DNA of 20,958 nucleotides from a virus (Duplodnaviria; Heunggongvirae; Uroviricota; Caudoviricetes): IMG/VR virus record IMGVR_UViG_2703718839_000004, positions 1 to 20,958 of that record; one strand, 5' to 3'. Shown piece by piece: positions 9,184 to 15,774 of this stretch (position 1 is its first letter; each line of letters starts with the position of its first letter). The notes under the pieces were generated by a model. It saw only the letters and a program-made list of their open reading frames with translations, ran no database searches and was not told where the DNA came from. The position numbers and the translations under genes were made by a program.

Positions 9184-9464
9184 TAGTGCCTCAGATGATC
9201 AACCAGACGTGCAACGTTGCCTCTGACGGCCACCAGCACGGAAAGAAAAATAGTGTTCGCCACGATAATGGGCCATGAGGAATGAGGATAAATCCCACAG
9301 AGATAGGCCAACGGAACAGCACTGTATGTAACAGTAATCAGCCAGGCTAAACGTGAAACCCAAGGACGATGCCGCGAATCACCACGACGATAAAACATCA
9401 GAGTAATAACAACACAAGCACATAACAGCGCATTTATAGTTGCTGTCGGGTCATTTAGCTCCAC
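9183..9464 (-). CDS. Small three-TM membrane protein of the lysis cassette (holin or antiholin-like)
   Basis: 93 aa, three predicted hydrophobic helices; translationally coupled to the endolysin (TAATG) and overlapping the upstream membrane-protein gene. Confidence 0.5.
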   Translation of the reverse strand: MELNDPTATINALLCACVVITLMFYRRGDSRHRPWVSRLAWLITVTYSAVPLAYLCGIYPHSSWPIIVANTIFLSVLVAVRGNVARLVDHLRH

Positions 9465-9837
9465 CTGAACCTCCCCGGCGCGTTATGAGCGCCACCAGCG
9501 AGCCGATATCCTGATTATTCAGGAACGTCAGGATTTTAACGGCTAAAGCAGAGACGATTACGGCACCAATAGCATCCAGAGGTTTATCACTGTATCCGGT
9601 CAAGTTCGCCAGCTTGGAGCCAACCAACCCAGAGCAAAGAATCCCGGCAATATATGACACGATAAAATATGCCAGTCGGCGCGATGCACTCAGATCTGCT
9701 GCTGTTGCTATGTAGAATACAGCCCCTGCAAATGCGCCAAATACAACGCCGTAATCAGTTCCGGTTAACAACCCATAGATACTAGCTCCCGTCAGGACAC
9801 CTCCAGCCAACCCGGAGCCAGAAATAGGATCGGACAT
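9451..9837 (-). CDS. Putative holin (Gly/Ala-rich 3-4 TM membrane protein)
   Basis: 128 aa with 3-4 hydrophobic segments; first gene of the lysis cluster with a GGGGGG SD; position immediately upstream of endolysin. Confidence 0.55.
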   Translation of the reverse strand: MSDPISGSGLAGGVLTGASIYGLLTGTDYGVVFGAFAGAVFYIATAADLSASRRLAYFIVSYIAGILCSGLVGSKLANLTGYSDKPLDAIGAVIVSALAVKILTFLNNQDIGSLVALITRRGGSGGAK

Positions 9838-9985
9838 AATCCCCCCATAGGTATTACTGTGAATCCTCTCAGAAATTAATGAGGGGAATGAAAAATATAT
9901 TCACGGTGCTCATATAAGTAATGATTAAAGATAATTCCCATATCATGAGAAAGCCACTAAGCAGAGGCTCAAAAGATAGATGCAA

Positions 9986-10534
9986 TTACTTACTCATCAT
10001 TTCAGAAATTTCACATGAAAGACCTTCCAGTATTTTATCCACAGATTTATCGAATTCCCCCCCAGCATCCAAAATAGTGGCTATAGCTTCATTTATATTT
10101 TTAGGTCTTGAGCCATTCATGATACTAAAATAAATATCATTAGCTGGCTTCAATTCTTTTTGCGCCTTTTTAATCTGAAGCGCCACATCCGGAAAATAAA
10201 TACCAGCAAGAATTGATGACAATTCAGAAATTTTACAAAACTCTGGCGTGTTAAGATTTCGCTCGATGGTTTTATCAAGCGTTTGTTCTATAGATAGATT
10301 ACCTCCTACAAGAAGAACCCAATCACTATGAGTTTGGAATACTGATTTTTTCCAAAGAACTAAGTTTCTGTATAACTCTTCGGCCTTCTCTATTTTTTTC
10401 TTTTTATTTTCTTTAACCCATTCATTCTTTTGTTTCGAATAATGAATTAAATAAGTCATTACATTCGAAATAACAGTACCAACAAAAACACCCAAAGCCG
10501 CTAAAAGAGCAACGTTTTCCTTAGTCAATTCCAT
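9986..10534 (-). CDS. AT-rich cargo gene: membrane-anchored protein of unknown function in the Q-to-holin slot
   Basis: 182 aa from the ATG at 10534 (the annotated upstream extension runs through the terminator hairpin); N-terminal TM helix ALLAALGVFVGTVISNVMTYLI, then a Lys/Glu-rich soluble domain. Windows I hand-counted gave ~28-40% G+C versus visibly higher in neighbours. Confidence 0.6.
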   Translation of the reverse strand: MELTKENVALLAALGVFVGTVISNVMTYLIHYSKQKNEWVKENKKKKIEKAEELYRNLVLWKKSVFQTHSDWVLLVGGNLSIEQTLDKTIERNLNTPEFCKISELSSILAGIYFPDVALQIKKAQKELKPANDIYFSIMNGSRPKNINEAIATILDAGGEFDKSVDKILEGLSCEISEMMSK

Positions 10535-10543
10535 AACTCCACC

Positions 10544-10569
10544 ACAAAAAAAACCCCACCGAGGTGAGG
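10544..10569 (-). terminator. tR'-like intrinsic terminator downstream of the late promoter
   Basis: On the - strand CCTCAC-CUCG-GUGGGG hairpin (6-bp stem with one G-U pair) followed by eight U; lies ~40-60 nt downstream of the pR'-like promoter and immediately before the cargo ORF start. Confidence 0.6.
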
Positions 10570-10613
10570 TTATCATAGTAAATGGTAGTTATACAAAGCC
10601 CATTGTTGAAAAC

Positions 10614-10642
10614 ATTTTATCCATGTTTTTTGAAAAATGCAA
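10614..10642 (-). promoter_or_regulatory. pR'-like late promoter (Q-modified promoter candidate)
   Basis: On the - strand TTGCAT -17 nt- TAAAAT, located ~30 nt after the Q-like gene stop and upstream of the terminator, mirroring the lambda pR'-tR' arrangement. Confidence 0.5.
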
Positions 10643-10673
10643 GCATCATGTCGCTATCTTCGGCGAAAATCAT

Positions 10674-11426
10674 TTATTTCGTCACTTTTCTTAATTGCAC
10701 CTCAGCATATGCTTCTTCCTGCCAGCACTTTGTAACCAGTTTATCAATGACATCTGCATATCCTTTGTACCACTGATAATCCGTCAGGTCTGGTACCAGC
10801 TTCTGGACATGATGCCGTGCCAGTGTGGTAGGTAAACGGCCAAACCGGTTTCCATTGCAACGCCCACAAATCTTATAAACAGGCGTGCCATGAAGCCGGG
10901 TCCTTTTTTCATCCAGGACAATACCTTTACCCTTACACCCTCTGCACGCTGTGCTGACTTCTCCCTTACCATGACAATGCTGACATAGTTCCTTCACCCA
11001 CTCTTCCTTGATAACAGATTCCCCGCTTCTGGAGTGTTTCACCACCTCGCGCAATACATTATGAAATCCAGTACCAGCACAATGCTCACAGCGAGACTTA
11101 CTTGCCGCAGACCTGGAATAATCAGCAAAGGCAAAATTCACAAGGTAAGGAATGATCTGTAGCCGGGTTTCTTCACTCAATTTATTCAATGTCGGGTTAT
11201 CCAGTGCCATCGCGTAATTGAGCAGACCTTCAATCGCAAACTGAGGATCCTGAACACCAACTTTTGCCAGGAATAAGGCAAACCCAAGCGGTGCTTTCGA
11301 CTGCACCATCCCCTGCGCAGCCATCACATCCGTAATCGTTAAACCACCAGAGCCTGTCGCCGGTGCGTCATCGCTCAGTTTTGGAGATTTCGGGGAGTAA
11401 TATTTCGGTAAGGCTTCAAGGTTCAT
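10674..11426 (-). CDS. Q-like late antiterminator candidate with a DnaJ-type (CxxCxGxG)x4 zinc-finger region
   Basis: 250 aa; four repeats CEHCAGTG / CQHCHGKG / CRGCKGKG / CGRCNGNR; last gene of the early operon, directly upstream of the pR'/tR'-like pair and lysis genes. Assignment is positional plus zinc-finger, not homology-verified. Confidence 0.5.
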   Translation of the reverse strand: MNLEALPKYYSPKSPKLSDDAPATGSGGLTITDVMAAQGMVQSKAPLGFALFLAKVGVQDPQFAIEGLLNYAMALDNPTLNKLSEETRLQIIPYLVNFAFADYSRSAASKSRCEHCAGTGFHNVLREVVKHSRSGESVIKEEWVKELCQHCHGKGEVSTACRGCKGKGIVLDEKRTRLHGTPVYKICGRCNGNRFGRLPTTLARHHVQKLVPDLTDYQWYKGYADVIDKLVTKCWQEEAYAEVQLRKVTK

Positions 11427-11439
11427 GCTCGTTCTCCAC

Positions 11440-12435
11440 TTACGCCAGTACGCCTATTGCCAGCGCACGATCGATAAAACGAAATATCAGCTCCAGCTGG
11501 GAACCATACTTCTCTTCAAATGCCACGGTATCCGCATGCAGCTCGTCGTGATGCTTTCTGCACAAAGGCAACACAAAGAGGTCATGCGCTTTTGTACCCA
11601 TTCCCCCCTGACCGTGGCCTATCAGGTGGTGGGGATCATCAGCAGCCTTTCCACAACATGCACACGGCTGTGTCTTAACCCAGCGTGTGTACTTTTCATT
11701 AACCCAGCGGCGACGTTTTGGGCGTAACATAAAAGACTCCGGCGACTCCGGATCCACTTTCAGCGCCAGCACCTTTTTCGCCTTATCCTGGATGATGCTG
11801 GTGGCAGGAACCGAAGGCACAAGGTCACTTTCCCGGGTGACAGACGGCACAACAGGCTTCGGTAATCTCAGTGCCTTACGGGCTGCACTTTCCGGTAAGG
11901 CATCCGCCAGGTCATTACGAACCAGCCACCAGCACAGTTCCGGCATTGTCACTACGTGACTGTCATCAAAACCGAGATCCCGACGCACGACAGACAACAC
12001 CCAGCGGGCACAGTTATCCGTTGCCATTGATTCCAGCCGTTCCGTGAACTGATCGCGCAGCTGGTTATCGCAGTGCCAGCACAGACGGATTGCGCCCGGC
12101 GCGTGTCGCATTGTTGTCATGTTCTCGCTGTGCCAGTCGGAATGAGGCCACTGGCAGCCTTTTTCACGAAGTAACCAGCTTTCAAGACATTCCACGCCAC
12201 CAGCACGACGGATCACTGCCTCATTGCGGAACACGGCCCGAACGGCAGGATCATCCGCCAGCGGTTGTGATGCCGCCGGAACGGCACCACTGGCGAAAGA
12301 TGAATAACGTTCCGGCTCAGGCTCCAGCAGGACACGCCCCTGCATAAACAGGGGCATCAGCTCTGAACCTGGTCTGAACAATACGATCCCCATACGCGGG
12401 GCAATTTCAGGGGTCAGTAGTGCTCTCACGGTCAC
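11440..12435 (-). CDS. Protein with C-terminal Cys/His (HNH-like zinc-finger) motif; family unassigned, possibly DUF968-like
   Basis: 331 aa, GTG start 1 nt after the KilA-N gene stop; C-terminus CACCGKAADDPHHLIGHGQGGMGTKAHDLFVLPLCRKHHDELH. The DUF968 label is from memory and unverified. Confidence 0.5.
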   Translation of the reverse strand: MTVRALLTPEIAPRMGIVLFRPGSELMPLFMQGRVLLEPEPERYSSFASGAVPAASQPLADDPAVRAVFRNEAVIRRAGGVECLESWLLREKGCQWPHSDWHSENMTTMRHAPGAIRLCWHCDNQLRDQFTERLESMATDNCARWVLSVVRRDLGFDDSHVVTMPELCWWLVRNDLADALPESAARKALRLPKPVVPSVTRESDLVPSVPATSIIQDKAKKVLALKVDPESPESFMLRPKRRRWVNEKYTRWVKTQPCACCGKAADDPHHLIGHGQGGMGTKAHDLFVLPLCRKHHDELHADTVAFEEKYGSQLELIFRFIDRALAIGVLA

Positions 12436-12436
12436 C

Positions 12437-13246
12437 TCAATGAACGGTATCGAGCAGCTTTAACAGCTCAGGGAATCGGGATTCGAAGAAATGCGGCTGC
12501 GTCTCGCGCGGATTTGCGGGACTGGTGATGTTCTTGCCGAACATGCAGCCTTTCGCTGTCAGCGACCAGAATTTTTTGATGTTGTTAATCGCGGTACGGC
12601 TGTATCGTTCGCGCTGCTCGACGATCCCCAGCTTCACCATTTGGTGATATGCCTGATTAGCTGTCAGGCGGATACCATACTGTTTCAGCAGTGCACTCAG
12701 CGACAGCGTGGGGCGACTTGAGCCATCAGGCGCGTCAGCAGGAGCATCAATGGCATAGCGCGGTGCCAGATTCGGTAAGCCAACAGCCTCCTGAAGCTTC
12801 TGACAGGCTCCAAGCACTGATGAGTTAGACAGGTTTAATTCCCTGCGCATAAAGTCCAGCAGGATCACGCCAGCCTGCATCTTGTCAGCAGCCTGCCCGG
12901 ATATTTTTTCCGGTGTGCTGGTTACCATATCGAAAGTACGGATCACCTTCAGATGGAATGACGGGCTGATCCACATTGCATAGGCATACACCAGTTCTTT
13001 GCAGACATACGTCCCCTGGTTATTTCCGCCATTAATAACGCTAACTGGTTGATTCTTTTCCAGAGGCGGAATTCCACCCTCGGTGAAAAGTTGTTCAATC
13101 AGTTCACAGGTTTGCTTATTGGAGAGCCAGTATTTCGGGCGGTTTTTTTGTTCTCCCCCGGCAGCCCGATGCAGATCGTTCAGGCTGTAACGCCCATAAG
13201 CATCACGACGAACTTCAATACCATCAATGACCATCAGATTATTCAT
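12437..13246 (-). CDS. KilA-N domain protein with antirepressor-like C-terminal domain
   Basis: 269 aa from the ATG at 13246 (AGGAG SD 9 nt upstream); N-terminal LMVIDGIEVRRDAYGRYSLNDLHRAAG ... GTYVCKELVYAYAMWISPSFHLKVIRTF is a KilA-N/APSES-type signature. Confidence 0.7.
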   Translation of the reverse strand: MNNLMVIDGIEVRRDAYGRYSLNDLHRAAGGEQKNRPKYWLSNKQTCELIEQLFTEGGIPPLEKNQPVSVINGGNNQGTYVCKELVYAYAMWISPSFHLKVIRTFDMVTSTPEKISGQAADKMQAGVILLDFMRRELNLSNSSVLGACQKLQEAVGLPNLAPRYAIDAPADAPDGSSRPTLSLSALLKQYGIRLTANQAYHQMVKLGIVEQRERYSRTAINNIKKFWSLTAKGCMFGKNITSPANPRETQPHFFESRFPELLKLLDTVH

Positions 13247-13265
13247 ACTTCGTTTCTCCTCTTGA

Positions 13266-13655
13266 TCAGGCGGCTGCACCCGCCGTTTTCTCGTACTTAC
13301 TGATAGTGATCTCGACCTTCCCTTCCGGGATAACCGGTCCCCACTCCACCAGCATTCTTTTCACCTGACTGTCGTCTTCCCACACACCCGCGTGGGTCAG
13401 GGCGTCAAACAGCGCCTTGTTATAGTTGTCCAGATCGCGGATCCGGTTATCCGGAGGAAACAACACGATCTCCACTGAAGCAGGTGCCGACGTTGGTTTC
13501 GGCAGACGACGTAACTGCTCAACTATTGCTGCACACGCCGCGCTCTGGAATTTTCGCCCCGCCGCGCTTATCAGGCACTTACCAGCAAACGCCCCTTTGT
13601 TGGGGTGTCGCCAGTACGTGTTCACGCTGGGCGGAAAAGGCAGGATCAGCTTCAT
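13266..13655 (-). CDS. rusA: RusA Holliday-junction resolvase
   Basis: 129 aa; LPFPPSVNTYWRH... and RDLDNYNKALFDALTHAGVWEDDSQV match the RusA family; start overlaps the upstream gene stop. Confidence 0.9.
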   Translation of the reverse strand: MKLILPFPPSVNTYWRHPNKGAFAGKCLISAAGRKFQSAACAAIVEQLRRLPKPTSAPASVEIVLFPPDNRIRDLDNYNKALFDALTHAGVWEDDSQVKRMLVEWGPVIPEGKVEITISKYEKTAGAAA

Positions 13656-13978
13656 ACTTTCAGGCCCCTCTCATGTAACCAATGGGCTGCACGCAGCCTG
13701 GCGTTTTCCTTACCGGCAAGCAGTGAGCGGATAATCCCAACCGCCTCGCTGTCGTCGTCCTTCACCGCGGTATGAAGAGTGATACCCCTGGCCACGCCAC
13801 GCTTTATCGTGATGACGCCTTTTTTCTCCAGTGCTCGAAGATGCTCCACCGCTGCATTCACTGAACGGTATCCCAGCATGGTTGCCACCTCCTGATTGGT
13901 TGGCGGGAAGCCACGTTCTTTCTGGTAAGAAATCAGCATATCCAGCACCTGCTGCTGGCATTGAGTTAACGTCGTCAT
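13652..13978 (-). CDS. LexA N-terminal DNA-binding-domain homologue lacking the S24 peptidase domain
   Basis: 108 aa; LTQCQQQVLDMLISYQKERGFPPTNQEVATMLGYRSVNAAVEHLRALEKKGVI aligns with the LexA winged-helix domain (LexA: [53 protein letters not shown]); no GDSM/Lys catalytic module follows. Confidence 0.75.
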   Translation of the reverse strand: MTTLTQCQQQVLDMLISYQKERGFPPTNQEVATMLGYRSVNAAVEHLRALEKKGVITIKRGVARGITLHTAVKDDDSEAVGIIRSLLAGKENARLRAAHWLHERGLKV

Positions 13979-14628
13979 GCAGCCATCTCCCTGACCAGTT
14001 TTTCCGCCTGCTGGCGAACCTGCGCCAGAAACGCCTCACCACATGCCTCAAGTTCATCGCGCCCGATGTAGCTGATTGCCGGTCCCTTCCAGGTCTTGTC
14101 GAAAACAGCAATAGCACCAGCGAAGAAAGCGCCTGTCGGCACCTGCTTCTCATCCTTCGGGATAAACCAGGCAGGCAGTTCAAAACCAATACGCCCGCGA
14201 ATAAAAGCAATATGGTCCGCATCTTCCGGCCACCACACTTCGCTGGTGGCAGCTTTGATCAGGAAAACATAGCGCCCGCCCTTATCACGCATGGCACTGG
14301 CATGTTTCATGATGTAACGCATGCCGGTGATGTATTGCCCCTCATGCTGACTGGCGCGGCTGTATGGGGGATTGCCAAAGGCAGCACCTTTAAGCTCCGC
14401 AAGACGTTCTGACCAGTCATGCGCCAGCGCGTTGTCTTCCGCCGTGTAATACGCGGCACATTTGGCGTTATCACCGTCAGTGAACAGATCCAGAACAAAC
14501 GGACCAAACAAGGTGTTAATTCCCCAGAAAATGTTGTCCGGCGTGCGCCACTGATCGCCCACTTCCTTCAGTTCATGGGCTGGTTTGTTCCGCAGTTCTA
14601 CCAGCGCCTGGCAATATTTATTACTCAT
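13975..14628 (-). CDS. Phage Dam-type DNA N6-adenine methyltransferase (orphan, no partner restriction enzyme seen)
   Basis: 217 aa from the ATG at 14628 (GGGGG SD); NPPY catalytic motif (FGNPPYS); stop overlaps the next gene's start. Confidence 0.8.
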   Translation of the reverse strand: MSNKYCQALVELRNKPAHELKEVGDQWRTPDNIFWGINTLFGPFVLDLFTDGDNAKCAAYYTAEDNALAHDWSERLAELKGAAFGNPPYSRASQHEGQYITGMRYIMKHASAMRDKGGRYVFLIKAATSEVWWPEDADHIAFIRGRIGFELPAWFIPKDEKQVPTGAFFAGAIAVFDKTWKGPAISYIGRDELEACGEAFLAQVRQQAEKLVREMAA

Positions 14629-14720
14629 TAAGCCCCCACGTAAAAAGCATCCGCAATGTCTCCGGAAGTACACCCCGGATGGGCTTCAATGAATTTCTGA
14701 ACTTCATTCAAAAGACTCAT
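14628..14720 (-). CDS. Possible 30-aa micro-ORF translationally coupled between the replication gene and the methyltransferase
   Basis: MSLLNEVQKFIEAHPGCTSGDIADAFYVGA; its ATG follows the replication-gene TGA by 2 nt and its TAA overlaps the methyltransferase ATG (TAATG). Not in the supplied ORF track; no SD of its own. Confidence 0.3.
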   Translation of the reverse strand: MSLLNEVQKFIEAHPGCTSGDIADAFYVGA

Positions 14721-14722
14721 GA

Positions 14723-15541
14723 TCACCCCCTGAATCCTTCCGGGATCTGGCTGTAGTCCACGTTGTCGTAACTGGCTTTGAAGTACGGGTCCTCGCGTCT
14801 GACTGCAGATACCGCAGGAACTTCCCAGGATTCTTCGAAATGACGATCCGGGCCAAAGAACGTGACAGCCTGTTTCACAAATTGTGTGCCGCTGTTACCC
14901 ATCGCAGATACCCAGCCCGCGTAGCGTTTCACACCTTCCAGCATGGTTTCGGGGTTTACCCCCTCATTCAAACGGGCTTTCCAGGCTTTGAAGGCTGCAG
15001 ATTTTGAATTGCCACCAGCACGTTTGGGATAGGCCAGCCATGCCTGCTCAAACTCCGGAGAGTATTCCGGTCGGTTTGAACGAACTCGCACAGACTCATC
15101 AGCAGATGCACCAACAGCTATTGGTTCATTGACTGGTTCTTTGACTGGTTCAAAAGAGTGACTGGTTCTGGGTGAATCTCCTGCACTACCCCCTGGTGCA
15201 ACTCCTGCACTACCTGGTGAATTTGCTGCACCAGATAGTGAATTATTTGCACTACCCCCTAGTGAATCTCCTGCACCATCCAGATGAAGGAGATAGATAT
15301 TACTTGAGTTACCTTTTTCACCTTTCCGGGTGACTTTTTTTACCAGCCCGGACTCACAAAGGGCCGCAATATGATTCATCACAGAACGTTTGCTAATCTC
15401 GCACTGGTCAGCAATATGCTGGTAGCTGGGCCAGCACTCACCCTGATCGCTGGCATTATCAGCCAGCTTGATCAGAACCAGTTTTCGCAATGGATTACCC
15501 ACTCGAATTTTCATCGCTTTAACCATCAGCTCCATACTCAT
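14723..15541 (-). CDS. Replication initiator (lambda O-like; N-terminal winged-helix DNA-binding domain, internal iteron origin)
   Basis: 272 aa; N-terminal KLVLIKLADNASDQGECWPSYQHIADQCEISKRSVMNHIAALCESGLV is a typical phage replication-initiator HTH; a low-complexity linker is encoded by direct DNA repeats; C-terminal AWLAYPKRAGGNSKSAAFKAWKARL motif. Confidence 0.75.
   Translation of the reverse strand: MSMELMVKAMKIRVGNPLRKLVLIKLADNASDQGECWPSYQHIADQCEISKRSVMNHIAALCESGLVKKVTRKGEKGNSSNIYLLHLDGAGDSLGGSANNSLSGAANSPGSAGVAPGGSAGDSPRTSHSFEPVKEPVNEPIAVGASADESVRVRSNRPEYSPEFEQAWLAYPKRAGGNSKSAAFKAWKARLNEGVNPETMLEGVKRYAGWVSAMGNSGTQFVKQAVTFFGPDRHFEESWEVPAVSAVRREDPYFKASYDNVDYSQIPEGFRG
15125..15290. repeat. 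Iteron array (candidate origin of replication) inside the initiator gene
   Basis: TGACTGGTTC occurs three times (15130, 15142, 15159); imperfect copies of GTGAATCTCCTGCAC / GCACTACCCCCT(G/A)GTG / CTCCTGCACTACC recur between 15171 and 15276; an AT-rich stretch follows at ~15290-15350. Same ori-within-initiator layout as lambda O. Confidence 0.6.
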
Positions 15542-15774
15542 GCTGCACCTCCGAGATGCTTCATGTTTTTTCCGGAGCGAAAGGCTATAAGCGGCATACT
15601 GACGCGGTAATTACGGCCCAGCGGTTCACAAACCACCTTCTGACATTCACGGTCAACCAGGCTGACACGTAGAACATGCCCTGCAGGCGTGGTGTACCAC
15701 TGCCCAACTGTAGGAATTGATGTTTTTTTACGCTGAAGCAAACGGCAAATATTGAGGATCAACGGATTAAGCAT
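15538..15774 (-). CDS. Hypothetical 78-aa protein in the replication module
   Basis: Start and stop overlap the flanking genes (ATGA with the initiator); no recognisable motif. Confidence 0.4.
   Translation of the reverse strand: MLNPLILNICRLLQRKKTSIPTVGQWYTTPAGHVLRVSLVDRECQKVVCEPLGRNYRVSMPLIAFRSGKNMKHLGGAA

Noticed and set aside
9321-9333. CTGTATGTAACAG, superficially like a LexA SOS box
   Set aside because: The spacer is 5 nt rather than the CTGT-N8-ACAG of LexA boxes, and it lies inside a coding region.
10536-10576. N-terminal extension of the cargo ORF (annotated start 10576)
   Set aside because: The extension is encoded by the terminator hairpin and U-tract; the ATG at 10534 is the first start beyond the terminator.
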